The position numbers and the translations under genes were made by a program. From Marsupella aquatica (taxonomy: Eukaryota; Plantae; Marchantiophyta), in assembly GCA_973895155.1 (NCBI GenBank), contig OZ316896.1, positions 18,588,754-18,652,753 on the forward strand: 64,000 bases of DNA, read 5' to 3'. Numbering within the stretch: the first letter of the stretch is position 1; each line of letters opens with the position of its first letter. The notes under the pieces were generated by a model. That model searched no databases, was not told the origin of the DNA, and worked only from the letters and a program-made list of their open reading frames with translations. Below are positions 37,542 to 49,859 of the stretch, one piece after another.

Positions 37542-40456
37542 TGGTGTACCTCAGAACAAAGACTGGTGTTCTGTACAGGAGAGTTGTCAAGACGGTATAG
37601 ACTGCTGCTTTTGTCTTGAGTGGCTCTAAGGAAGATCTTGTTGGGGTCTTCCTTATCCCCGCCTTATCCAGTACGTAGCCATGGCTAGAATTGAAGTACA
37701 CTCCATGACCTTCATCAGCTAACTGCCCTACTGACAAAAGATTTCGAGTCATACCAGGCACGTACAAAACTTTCTTCACGACTTTATTTCCACTAAATTT
37801 TGTACTGCCCCTGCCAGCGACAGGAATGCGTGCCCCAGAAGCAATAGTTACACTTGAGCTAGAAGCATACAGGACTACACAACTAAGAGTGTTCCTATTA
37901 CCAGTCACATGTGTGCTGGCACCTGAATCTATTAGCCAGTCATGACCAGCGTGGAACTCAATGAAGTTTACCTCTAAAGTACCATTGTCAGGACTATTAG
38001 GTTCGCACTCATCGGCTTCTACTGCTACTGCCACGTTGGCTTGATGCATTCCCTTCTTGATGTCTGCGTGTTTGGTCTGGAGCCTCTTGATCTGGCTCTC
38101 GATCTTCTTCAAGCACTCGCCTTCCCAGTGGCCAGTCTCTTAGTGTTTGTAAAGGTGGAGTTTCTCCCTCTGCCACGAGCAAAGTTCCTGCCTTTGCCCC
38201 GTCCTCTGAAAGAACTCAAACCAGAGTTTCCACGATAAGCGTTGTGGGTCATCACCAGTGCTTGTTCCGTGTCTTTCCCTTGTAGCTCATGTTGCTTCTC
38301 CTCAGCCTCCAAGTGTCCAACCAAATCTGAAAAAGTCATGGATGGAAACTAATGCACTAAGGTACCGAATGAGGTGATGAAGGGTTTCCAACTAGCTGTC
38401 AGTCCCTTCATGGTCGTGCGCATGAGTTCTTTATCCTCAATGGTGAAGTCAATGTCTGCCAGTTGCATGACCAATACATCGATCTCACAAATATATTCTT
38501 CGACGCTACCTCCTCTGGACATGTGCACCTTTGCCAGTCTCTCTCTCAGTATGAGCTGCTTACCCATAGCTGCTGATTCAAAGCAAGACTTCAGCTGTAG
38601 CCATATTTTCGCAGGGTCGTCAATGTACTTCTTTACAATAGGAATAATGTGATCCTTGACGGTCATGGAGAAAATGTAGATAGCTCGCTCCTTCTTCTCC
38701 TCAAGCTTCTCTGCAGAAAGCTGCACGGGATTCGATGGGTCAGGGCTGACCATCTCCCGCCAGCATTTGTCCTTGCAAAATTGTCTCTCAAACTTGAAGG
38801 ACCAGACAATGAAATTCTTGCTGCCATCTAGCTTGTCCTTGTCAGAATAGATGAGCCCTTTATCTACGTCGTAGTGAATGCTGTGGGCTAATTGAGAAGC
38901 GCTGCCATGTGTGGTCTGTTGTTGGCTGTCACATTCTGTTGCGAGCTGCTGGGCGTCTGCTGCGAGCTGCTAGACGTCTGTTGCAAACTGCTGGCCATTC
39001 TGTCTCTCACACAAATCTTGTTGGGAGCTTCTCACCGATTCAATGTGTGATGACGACCTTGCTCTGATACCATGAATGAATTCAAAGCTGAATCATTTAC
39101 TTGCTTAATGGAAATGAATTACAATGCACAACGGAGCCGCACTAATAGCAACTCGACTGAGGAGTAAACCCCGTGAAACAAGGGGGCACAATTAATCTAC
39201 ACCGTAAGTCACTTAGCCCTAAATCTAATGGATAACTCAAGGCGGCGGAAAAGAATGCTACAGGAAATAATGAACAGCAGACATCGAGACGACAAGCCAC
39301 ATCCTAATAGCAACCCCTCATCCAGTTCCTGATCACTTGGGTCCTCTGGCATGCTAAAGTCTCCCACAACGAGCCAAGGGTTGGTATTTGGCATTGTTTG
39401 AAAGAGTTCTTTCTGGGTTAACTCTTATTGTACTTCACTACATTTTGTGCCTATGGGGTCTCCATAGCTACAACTCTGATAGTACCCAGCAGGTTAACTC
39501 TTATTGTCCTTCACTACATTTTGTGCCTAAGTCACTACATTTTGTGCCTAAGTATGGGGTCTCCATAGCTACAACTCCAAAAGTACCCAGCTTGAGATAT
39601 CAAACGTTAATCACATTGTACCTTTATTGTTGATAACTTTACTTCACCAAAGAGTGCTTTAGTCACAAGAACACTGTTAACACAAATGAAATCACTCCCT
39701 CTGCTTTGGTTATGGCACAAAATTAGTCACTCTCCTTCATGTTGTACCATACCCTATTTTCCTTCCTTAGCCCCAAATCATCTAGAATATTACATTATTT
39801 TGGGACTCCGGCCCAAGCACCCACTCGCCACCTTCCTCAGGGTTGGTGTACATGAGTTGCCATCTGCTTTACCAATATGGTTTAAAATCACCAACCCGGA
39901 GGAATTGATGATGTTTATAATCCTAGTTTTATTAAAATGTTTAGAGTGGCCACAATTTTGGACATTGATGGATTTTCACTTGACACCTACTGTAGTTTTG
40001 ATCTAAGGAGACTTTTGGTTGCAAAATCAGACCCGAGGTGCAAGAGAGATTTACACGCCTCCCCAAAAACTGTTCCATGCCGTAGCCCTAGAGCCTATGT
40101 GGCCCAAATAGTTTAAACAAATTTTCTAGTCGAAAGCATTCACATGACAAGTTGTTTGCATTGAGCCTCCCAGAGTTTGTCTGCCCTCTCCCTAGCTTCT
40201 GGGATGTGCGCAACAATCTCTTCTTTTGTACTCCCATTGAAGCTTCTTGGAAGGGCGTTAGCAACAACTGTAATGGAGCTTTCTTCAAGTTAGTAGGCCA
40301 CCTTGTTGTGAGGATCTGGCCACCCATTCATTGCAAGCTGGAGAACCAATGATGCTCTGCTAGGTGTTTACAGACCAATGCAACCTCATCTCAGATCATC
40401 CTTGATTTATATTAGAAAGGGGGTCAAATTATTGTATCAATTAACCATGTTTGAAT

Positions 40457-41116
40457 ATATAGCATGTTCACCTTGGAACATGCTTCATTTTTTGTTTTTT
40501 TAGTGAAATGTATGTGATGTAATTTTTTGTGGCAAATATAAACACTTTTAGTGAAATGTAGGTGATGTAATTTTTTTGTGGCAAATATAAACGGGACATT
40601 GACTAGGAAGACTTACAATCTATGATATTGAAAGGTTGTGCACATAAGGTACAAGAGTAAAAATACACATATCAAGAAAAGTAATAATGAAGAGTAAAAG
40701 TTTAAGTCTATGGTATTGGGTTGTGTACATACTGTCTGTACAGCCTAGAGATACTTATGTACTTACCTTAGGTAATGACACTCAATGACACTCAAATTAA
40801 TTAAAATCATAAATTTAGGACACAAAACCATGAGTAAAGACACAAGGAGTGCATTTTATTTAGATAATTTCTTCTTCACTCATGACAATAAGGGCTAAAA
40901 ATTGATAACAAGGGCTAGAAATTCAGTGAGCTTTGTTAAAGAGTAAACAATCTTAAATATAGCAAAGATTAAAAAGTTTAGAGGGGTGCCAGAGTAAATT
41001 CAAAATCTAAACTATACAAGGGATGCACCTTGGTAAGACACATTGAATTAAAAATACATAAGAAAAGAAGTTTGAATAAGACAAAATACTGGAAGGTGGA
41101 TTCAACTTATAGCAGT
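40457..41116. mobile_element. AT-rich non-autonomous insertion (~650 bp), inverted copy of 44940-45830
   Basis: Absent from the matching site in copy 1 (~28163). Long reverse-complement match to 44940-45560. Confidence 0.8.
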
Positions 41117-42001
41117 TTTATAATTTTTTATCTGGATACATTTTCCTTTATTTTTAGTTATGAGTTTCCTAATTGGGAAAATAACATAAATGTGGTGTAT
41201 TGGTGTTTAACCTGATTGGCACATATGTTTGTCCCAAGAGCTTGAATGCCCATACTTTGAATGAATCCATGAAAAAAAACATGCATGATCATCATTTTAC
41301 AAACATCATACTCATGAATTCCTCCATCCACATGGTGGCCATAGAGTTATGGTCTAGATGTTTCACTCTAGAAACCTAGACCCCGGCTCTAGTTTGGGGT
41401 TCGCCCTTTATAAACACTATATCACAAGTTGCTACCTTCTTAGATTATTACTCCAATGCCACCCTTTTGTCACTGGTTATGTGACATCTTGTGGCCTTGT
41501 TACATGGAACAATTCGATGATTTCCATTGCCCTTGGGTTAGATTTGCGCACCCTTTATATTTGGCCTGCTAGGGCACCGCCCTTCCCGCAGGTTCCACAC
41601 CACCCTTGCCCCCCAAGCACTCTGCTCCAAGAGTCACATGAACTGTTGGTTCTCCAATGTGACTATCTCAGGGGTCTAGGAGTGTCCCCAGTTAACCCCA
41701 TGACAACAAAAGTAACATTATTTGACCCCCCAAAAGTGGCAATCCAGAAAAACCATACTGGATGTCGAGTAGCGTTTCTGTAGCTCTCGTTGTTGAGTCA
41801 TGTGCTCACCTCTCGTTCTGCTCTCTCCTTCTCTAACCTCTTCTTGAGCTCTCTCCTTGTCCTGGTTATGTTGGTCGAACAAGCAACTGAAAGAAATGTA
41901 AAGCATCATGCCCGGCTTCGTCCCCTGTCCTGTGCGGTTCCATCCTGCATGCGGGCGGACAACAATTTTGTGAGGGAGAGCCCTCACTTTGCTTGGGAAC
42001 C

Positions 42002-43598
42002 ATGTTTTTCCATATATATTTGGAGCGCAATATGCAGCTGCATCCCCGGCACTTCGGCCCACATTTACGAGAGAAGCTCATCTCCAAGCTCATCCAGGAT
42101 GTGGAGGGCACTTGCAGGTAATTTAATCAGAGACGGAATCTGTCATTCCCCGTCTGGCGTTTTTTTCTTGCAACCCTGAACTCCGCATACGATTGGGTTA
42201 GTGCACGTTGCAGCCGGGTCACCAGCATGTCGTTATTAGATAAATGAGCAGGAGAATAATATCTCATCGCCCCAGAATGCAATCTAATTGCGTTCATCTT
42301 TTTGCCTAGCCCAAGCTCCTCCCTGTGTACAAAGTTTCAGGGTTGACTGTCAACTCTGCGAAGTTGTAACTTTGAGCATGAGAGAGACGCCAGTTGAATG
42401 TGTCTGTCCAGTTGCTCTAGTTGTGAGAACTTCCTGACAGCTCAATTTGATTCGGACTGAATGTTAATAAATGTGGATTGTTCTTCAGTGGCCGACATGG
42501 GTTTGTCGTGGCTGTAACTGCTGTGGAGACTATTGGCAAGGGTCTTATCCGGGATGGAACAGGATACGTAACATTTCCAATGAAGTATCAGTGCGTTGTA
42601 TTTAGACCGTTCAAGGGGGAAATATTGGAAAGTGTTGTGACTATGGTCAACAAGGTGATCTTCTACAGCGTATGCTTGGTCCTACTGATAGAGCTGCGGT
42701 TGTGCACTTCGAAATGTGTGATTTCCACCGCGCAAAGGAAAGCGCCTAGCTTCTTCTAATCAGTTTCATTCAGAAGTGATTGGACCATCCATTAAGGCCT
42801 TCCACGTCTTACTGTGACAGATGGGTTTCTTTGCGGAGGCTGGACCTGTGCAAATCTTCGTCTCGAATCATGTAAGCTGTAAATTACAATAATTCAGCAC
42901 GAAACAAACCCTAGCTTTTTTATTTTCTTTCAAAGCAGGAAGCTGTATATCCTTGTTCAACTTGATTTCACCTCATCCGCTGCTTTCAAGAATTGATCCA
43001 CGTGTTTCGCTAATTTTTTCTCATAAGTGTTAGCTTGTAATCTTTGTTGCAGTTAATACCAGATGACATGGTCTTCCAATCGGGTGATATTCCAACTTAT
43101 GAAACGTCTGACGGTTCAGTAAGTCCTCTTGCTCCTTGTGAACACTGTTGCATGTTCCTCCAGATTTCACTTTAGGGTTTGCATAATACCCTATTTCAAA
43201 AGAAACTGAATCGAGTCAGATATGTGGATTCAACGCCAGTTGGAACTGTCGTGCTCTGAGCAATTATAAAACTGGCGATGGGTTTTGGCGTAGACAAAAC
43301 CTGCCTTGAGGATCTGATAAGTTGTTGACTTGGTGTTACAGGTTCGGATACAGAAGGATAGCGAAGTTCGTCTCAAGATTGTTGGTACCCGTGTCGACGC
43401 AACTGAAATAGTAAGTGATTCACCTCGTCACCGGGTACCTTTTGCATGCAAAAGTGCCACTCCATGTCCTAGTTATACAGTTTTGTTCTCATCTTGCTAA
43501 TGCCATTTACGTTGGTGCCTTTGTTTCCTCAGTTTTGTATAGGAACTATCAAGGATGACTTTTTGGGTCTAATTGGCAATCCTGGTGGAGGAGCTTAG
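42002..43598 (+). CDS. NRPB7: RNA polymerase II subunit RPB7; exons 42002-42117, 42489-42654, 42821-42871, 43053-43118, 43342-43410, 43533-43598
   Basis: Spliced product MFFHIYLERNMQLHPRHFGPHLREKL...EGTCSGRHGFVVAV...[43 protein letters not shown]...[29 protein letters not shown] is canonical RPB7. All introns are GT-AG. Confidence 0.97.
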
Positions 43599-43999
43599 GA
43601 TTGTGCGTAACCCGTGCCACAACTCAGAACGAAGTAGCAGATGCAATAATCTACGGTTTAGGGTGATAAGCCTTAGGTCCCCACTAGATAGAAATGCAGG
43701 ATAGGAGAATTCGAGAATTCCAGAGAATATTGATATTCCAAAGATGAAAGACACTAGGATAGAGTCTGCACATCATTTACTCTCAAGTGACATTCTCTGT
43801 AACATATGGAAATTTTGTGAAGAATGAACCGAATGGGGCTCAGCTGTTGCAGTAGCATCCCCTTTTAATTTAGTGGGATTAGCGATTCCATTAGTAATCA
43901 TGTTTTGTAACATGTGGAAATTTCTATTAAGAAATCAAAACCCAACGGGGCTCCGCTGTTTGCTGGGACATTCCGAGTCACAACACTGCTGGATGTTTC

Positions 44000-44900
44000 T
44001 GTGTATAAAATGTGGAAATTTCCATCAGGAACGGTGACGTTATGTGGAAATTTCCATCAGGAATGGTGACGTTATGCGCCTCATGGGAGTTAATTTACAA
44101 TACTGTCACTATTTCTTTTGTATTATGCGTCTCATGGGAGTTAATTTACAATACTGTCATTATTTCTTTTGTATTTACAAAATGCCACGGTTTCGGTAAT
44201 ATAGTTCCCCTGATTACCTTCATGTTGTTCTGAAAACAACATGAGTCAGAATTGTTCTCATGATCATTCTTCGAACAACGAACAAAAAACAAGGCGATCT
44301 TTGAACTACGAACAAAAAACAAGGCGAGCTGCCTTATTGTCGTCCTGCTTACTCAGTTTAATGCGTTGGGGGTTTTAATGTGTTTTGGCAGTTTTGTTTT
44401 TCCATTGTTACTTATGGAAGAGTAGTCTTTGAGGTGACGGAAGTGTTCATTTATTTCAAGACTTGCCTGAGTACCTAGTTTTTGAACGAAAATAGAGAAA
44501 AAAAACCTTGCAGAAAAAAGGATTGCAGAAAAGGATTCCATGCTATTTGTGTTCCATGCTATTTCTTGTTCACTTTTGCCCTATCCTGATTTTTGCCTAA
44601 ACCCATTTTCAGTGATGTCCTCAGTTGGAGTCCCAGTCCTCTTGTCTACACCCATTTTCAGTTATCTCCTAATTTGTTTTTGTCTTCATCCATTTTCAGT
44701 TATGTTCTCAATAGGAGTCCCTTTTCTAGAGCCTTCACTCTTGAGTGCTCCCTGCTTTTTTGTCTACACCCATTTTTGCTCTCATCCCTGTTTTTTTGGC
44801 TACACCCATTTTCAGTTATGTCCTCAGTTGGAGTTTGTCTACACCCATTTTTGCCTTCATCCCTGCTTTTTGTCTACACCCATTTTCAATTATGTAATCA
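44000..44900. repeat. Cluster of short tandem duplications and a degenerate minisatellite (core GTCTACACCCATTTT)
   Basis: TGTGGAAATTTCCATCAG x2, CTCATGGGAGTTAATTTACAATACTGTCA x2, CGAACAAAAAACAAGGCGA x2, and CTACACCCATTTT about five times in 44640-44890. Confidence 0.8.
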
Positions 44901-44939
44901 GTTGTAACCCTATAGTACTAAAGTATGATGATTGGTACA

Positions 44940-45830
44940 CATGCTATATGGTGAATCCACCTTCCAGGATTTTGTCTGTCTTATTCAAACTTCTTTTTTT
45001 ATGTATTTTTAATTCAATGTGTCTTACCAAGGTACATCACTCGTATAATTTAGATTTTGAATTTATGCTGGCACCCCTCTAAATTTTTAAATCTTTGCTA
45101 TATTTAAGATCATTCACCCTTTAACAAAGGTGAGGGAAGAAGAAATGATCTAAATAAAGTGCACTACTTGTGTCTTTAAATTATACTCATGGTTTTGTTT
45201 AAGTTCTACTCATGTTTTGTGTCCTAAATTTATGATTTTAATTAAATTTGAGTATCATTACCTAAAGTAAGTACATAACTATCTTTACTGGTGTACAACA
45301 TAATACCATAGACTTAAACTTTTCTTGTTCATTATTATTTTTCTTTGCATATGTACTTTTACTCTTGTACCTTATGTGTACAACTTTTCAATATCATAAA
45401 CTCTATGTCTTCCCTTTTGCATGTGTATTTTTACTCTTGTATCTTATGTGCACAATTTTTCAATATCATCAACTCTACTTCTTCTTGGTCAATGTCTTGT
45501 TATATTTACCACAAAAATTTAGATCACCTACATTTCACTAAAGAAACAAAAAATGAAGCTAGTTAAATCTACGTCAAGTTAATGCGCCCCGATTTTCCAG
45601 AGGCGCCATACACTGCGCCGTCCACTCCCCGTCCACTCCCCAATGCTGCTGCCCGCTCCTGCCCACTCGGGCCCGAGTTTGCTAGAACATAAACCAATAC
45701 TTCAACATTTTGTTGCCAACTTCGGCAGCAGCATCGGGGACGGGGACGGGCAGAGTACGATGCCCCGGGAAAGTGAGGTCGCATTAACTTGACGTAGATT
45801 TAACTCACAATGATGAACATGCTATATAGT
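44940..45830. mobile_element. Second copy of the AT-rich insertion, itself interrupted by a MITE
   Basis: Reverse complement of 40457-41116. Both ends carry ACATGCTATAT. Confidence 0.75.
45561..45805. mobile_element. MITE / fold-back element with perfect 26-bp terminal inverted repeats
   Basis: AGTTAAATCTACGTCAAGTTAATGCG at 45561 and CGCATTAACTTGACGTAGATTTAACT ending at 45805, with imperfect pairing further in. No clear TSD. Confidence 0.88.
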
Positions 45831-46599
45831 AAAGCATGATGATTGGTACACATGCATGATTGATGATACTAATTTATTGCAACTTAAATGTCCATCATTT
45901 ACATTTTCTAAAACAATAACAGATTTCTCTAGTTCTAGGTAGTTGGGTAGACCCTTGGAAATACCATAACGTTTGATCTAACCACTTTTACAAAGCACTT
46001 TGTGACATAAAAAAGTCAGCACACTATAAAAGGGAATTTTTTTATCTTCTTAAGAAGTAGACTATATTTTTACAGTCCATCCAGGCAATGCGTCTTGCAG
46101 GACAGTGAGGTATATGGAAGCTTCATTTAAGAAAACTGACTTTTAGGGAAACACCTTTTACTTGCTAAGAAGATAATACTTTTTGCTTGCTCTTACAAAC
46201 CTCCTTGATATTAATTTGTGATTAAATCTATGACATGAACCAACATAGTTCTATTAGCGCTGCTCAACAGCCTATTGTCACATTTTCCAAAATTAGATCG
46301 CACTCCAAATGTACAGATTAAGGTGTGACTTTAATGATATTTCCAAGCATATAAGGTGGGACAGAGGTAATTGACTATTTTGGGAACATGCAAAATAGGG
46401 CAATTAGGATAAGTGCAATTTTTCTCTTTTACTGGGTTGATTAAACTGCCACCTTTTGGGGGGGGGGGGGGGGGTCAAATATGTAGACTTACCATCATTT
46501 TTAGATTAACTGCTGAAATGCCACATTTTTGGTCATGGCGTAGTGACTTAATACTGATCCTAGAAGATCCTATGGCCCTGAGATTGTCAGATTAGAAGG

Positions 46600-47450
46600 T
46601 TGCCATCACCCTTGGTGCTGGGCTCTTGGGGCACCTACAGTATGGCGTGGACAAAGGAGGGCACTCTGCAGAGGGAGGTGAAACATGCATGGAAGGCGGA
46701 ACTCTGCCCTAGGAGACCATGATACTGCTCTTCAACCCTTGACAAAAAAGAAAATATTGTAATTAATCTAAGGAAAGGTGGTAAGTCCTCCACAAAATGA
46801 TGAAAGCCGCACATCCACATCACCATTTTATAGATACATTCGGAGACAGCAATAATGACTGCCGGACAGTCTAGGGGGCTTTTATACTGGGAGTAGTGGT
46901 TTAAGTAACGTGGGGGAATTTTGCTTACAGATAGGTTGTCGGTAAAAACACCCTTGGAACAACACCTGACCCCAACTCCATCCAATTGGCTGTAATTTTG
47001 TCAGCCTGCAGTAAACAAAACAATTCTTTCACAACAATGAAACCTTTGATATCATTATTGTGAGCAAACAGGCATTATGCTGCAAAAGTTCCTCTCCATC
47101 CAGATAACGCATGATATATTAATCCCCAGTCCGTTGTCCGAATATTCATTCCCGGTTGTTGAGTGCAGCTGGAGACTTTATTCCGGGTCTAGGCTCCCAG
47201 AACGGTACCCATCTCTATTGATCCCTAGGTCTGTCAGCACCAATCACAGAGTCCATGGATTCAACAGCGAATGATTTTACCATGCTTCCAATATTTAAAT
47301 TGCAACAAATAGACAGCCAATTGCAGGCCAAACAAAGACCGTGCAGCCACCTCCACAGGCCCACCTCGATACCAGCTCAGATCATGACCTCACTCCAAAG
47401 ATGGGGAACAAACTCTAAACAAATAAATTGCCTCAGTAGACTACGAGAGA
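46600..47450 (-). mobile_element. Decayed transposase, probably Kyakuja-Dileera-Zisupton (KDZ) type
   Basis: Across frameshifts: LDGVGVRCCSKGV ... AFHA ... LCPRHTVGA ... GDG. This resembles the KDZ C-x-HG, (A)FHA-x-H---C----PR---G-G--DGE catalytic pattern. Confidence 0.45.
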
Positions 47451-48699
47451 GGGGGACAACCTATCTGTAAGCAAAATAAGTGACGGCACATAAGGCGGAT
47501 GAAGGGGTTTTCTGTTGGTGAATGGAGAGTTTAGAATAAAAGGGATGCCAATGGCAGTGGGGTTACAATTGAACATTTGTGGCAGTCACCGAAGAAGCCC
47601 GCATTGGCCAAAAGTTATATTTGTTTTCCAAGTTTGAAAGGGAGGAAGTGAAATGAATTGAGCCTACAGAAATATACACCTGAAGACCAAAAGAAGCTCA
47701 CAGGGTCAAAGCCTTGCCTACGCTTGAAAACTTGTGGCATCATCACGCAGTATAATAATGGATCCCGCCTTCTTCTGGGCATGTCTGCTTACAAAAGCAG
47801 AATTGATGGAATTTAACCCCAACCGTTACTTAAAGTATGTTTTTTGGGGATCCTTGATTGGACAAAATCTGGATACTGCCCCTTTAATATCTGTCATGTA
47901 TGTCACCTTTCTCCCAGTGTCTCTTTTGTGTCTCCATTTTCCTTCTCTTCCCTTGAATTCATTTCTTGTACTTTGCTTTCTCCCTGCTTTCTCCCTGCTT
48001 GTCTTTTTTGTCTTGCACTTGTTCCAAACTAATGAATGGTCAAGCTTCTTGGAATAATTCACTTACCACAACCATCCAAATTCCATACCCCAACACTCAA
48101 GTGTAATTTTTGTTAGGACACATCAATATCACTCTTTTGAGGGGGAACAGTTTTTTTTATAAGAACAATTGAGTTTTATTTGTTTCTTTTTTTATGGTGA
48201 GATTTTTTGAACATATTTCTTCACCTTGATGTCCTTTTTTCATTTCAACATCTTTATCTCAACTTGACATTTTTTCTTTCTTTGACATCCTTTCTTTTCC
48301 TCAACTTGTTTTTACTCACCGTAATATAATTTCCTCACTTTGACTATATTTTCACCTCAACATCTTTTTTCACCTCAATATATTTTCTTCACTTTCACAT
48401 CTGTTTCGCTCCTTGATATGTTTTTCACCTCAATATCTTTTACTCATCTCAACATTTGTTGTGAAACCCACAGGCATCAGGCTAGCGTACAATAAAAAAA
48501 AAAAAGACAAGGGAGGAATTGGCTACCAAAAATACCGAAGAAGGTCACGTTGGTTAAAAGCTGCACTTGCCTTTCAAGTTTCAAATGCAGGAAGTGACTT
48601 TCAGGAAAGGAAAGAAAGAAGGCAGGAAGTGCGATGAATCGAGGAGCAGCCATACCTGAAGTCCCAAAGAAGCTTACATTGGCCAAAGAAGGAAAAAAG

Positions 48700-49100
48700 G
48701 CAGGAAGTGAGCTGCCGCCGACCCCCAATCGTGAACGTACTGTCCAATAATAAGGAACCCAGCCGCCGTCGACCCCCAATTGTAAACCAAGCCACCATCG
48801 AACCCCAATCGTGAACCGTCGAACAGGAACCGAGCTGCCGTCGACCTCCAATCGTGATTCATCGAACAGAAACCGAGCCGCCGTCGACCCTAATCATGCA
48901 CGGTCCAATCGGAACCGAGCCGCGGTCGATCCGAATGGTGACTCGTCGAAAGCAACCAAGCCGCCGTCGACCCCAATCGTGCACGGTCCAATCAGAACCG
49001 AGCCCGCTGTCGACCCAATCGTGAGCCGTCGAAAAGGAACGGAGCCGCCGTCGGTCCCAATCGTGAACCGTGGAACAGAGAACCGAGCCGCCGTCGTCAC
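48700..49100. repeat. GC-rich minisatellite, ~35-45 bp unit (GAACCGAGCCGCCGTCGACCCCAATCGTG), about 9-10 copies
   Basis: Directly visible. Confidence 0.9.
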
Positions 49101-49552
49101 AAGGTTTTTAAAATCTGTATCGTACTGTCGCCACGACACCGCAACAGGCGCCGTTCGATGTCACGGCATCCCTATTCGCTGGAGCATATCTATGCAGTTC
49201 GTCATTCGACACGTACTGCGTTGGGATTCCGCCGAAGTCTTCCAGTGTAGCTTAGAAGACTTTAGAGTGCAACACCTGGCAAGCCTCGCGGATCCGTATC
49301 ACGGGATTTCTGAGCAGGGGCTATGGAGGCTGGAAAGGGTTTGGAAGGATACTAGATGAGGAGACGCGTGGAGACCTCGGAGCACGGCAATCCTTGCCGC
49401 AGGCGCTCTCTCATCATTGCTCGGCGTCTCGGCGAAGCTCCATCGATGTCGTTTACTCGCGTGGAATGATGGAAGGCTGTAGGACGCTCATCGACTCTTT
49501 TCGTTTCCCAATTGTTCTGTCGCTCGATGGTGAACATAATTGTGTGTAGAAT

Positions 49553-49850
49553 AAGAAGCTCTGCCTCGGCATGATTTGGTGTGTGAGAGCGCAGCGAAAG
49601 AGGAAGTAGGGAGAAAACGAGAGAGAGAGAAGCTCTGCCTCGGCATGATTTGGTGTGTGAGAGCGCAGCGAAAGAGGAAGTAGGGAGAAAACGAGAGAGA
49701 GAGAACGGTGGAGACGGCGAGATGAGCATGGCAGAGACGAGAGCGAGAGCGAGAGAGGAAGAGAAGTGAGGTGGTCTGTACTTGTGTCACGTACGAGAGG
49801 AGCAGCGGCGGGGAGGGCGGTGAGCAGCGGGGAGGGCGGTGAGCAGCGGC
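49553..49850. repeat. Exact ~74-bp tandem duplication, GA-rich tract and (GCGGGGAGGGCGGTGAGCA)x2
   Basis: AGAAGCTCTGCCTCGGCATGATTTGG...AAAACGAGAGAGAG at ~49554 and ~49627. Confidence 0.85.
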
Positions 49851-49859
49851 GTTTGATTA

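Larger units (their letters stand above)
33592..39309 (-). mobile_element. Full-length but inactivated Ty1/Copia LTR retrotransposon; LTRs 39073-39309 (5') and 33592-33828 (3'), TSD GCAAC
   Basis: Two 237-bp LTRs. tRNA-iMet PBS TGGTATCAGAGC at 39072-39061 and PPT GACGGGAAGGGG next to the 3' LTR. GCAAC at 33587-33591 and 39310-39314. Domain order gag (KLDGSKNFIVW), protease (WLIDSGASTHVT), integrase (LWHRRLSH, CDSC, LVHIDLCGP, PQQNGVAE), RT (KARLVAQG, TFAPV, QMDIITAFLN, FVDDLLI), RNase H (TEAEY, CNNQGAI, HARTKHIE). Confidence 0.97.
32117..43052 (+). repeat. Copy 2 of the tandem segmental duplication, with an internal inversion and later TE insertions
   Basis: See copy 1. 27360-28110 is present in inverted orientation as 33545-33591 plus 39310-40130. 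Confidence 0.85.

Noticed and set aside
44540-45082. 180-aa hydrophobic ORF
   Set aside because: Translation of a T-rich degenerate minisatellite.
48811-49359. 182-aa ORF with NRAAVDP repeats
   Set aside because: Translation of the GC-rich minisatellite; no domain recognised.
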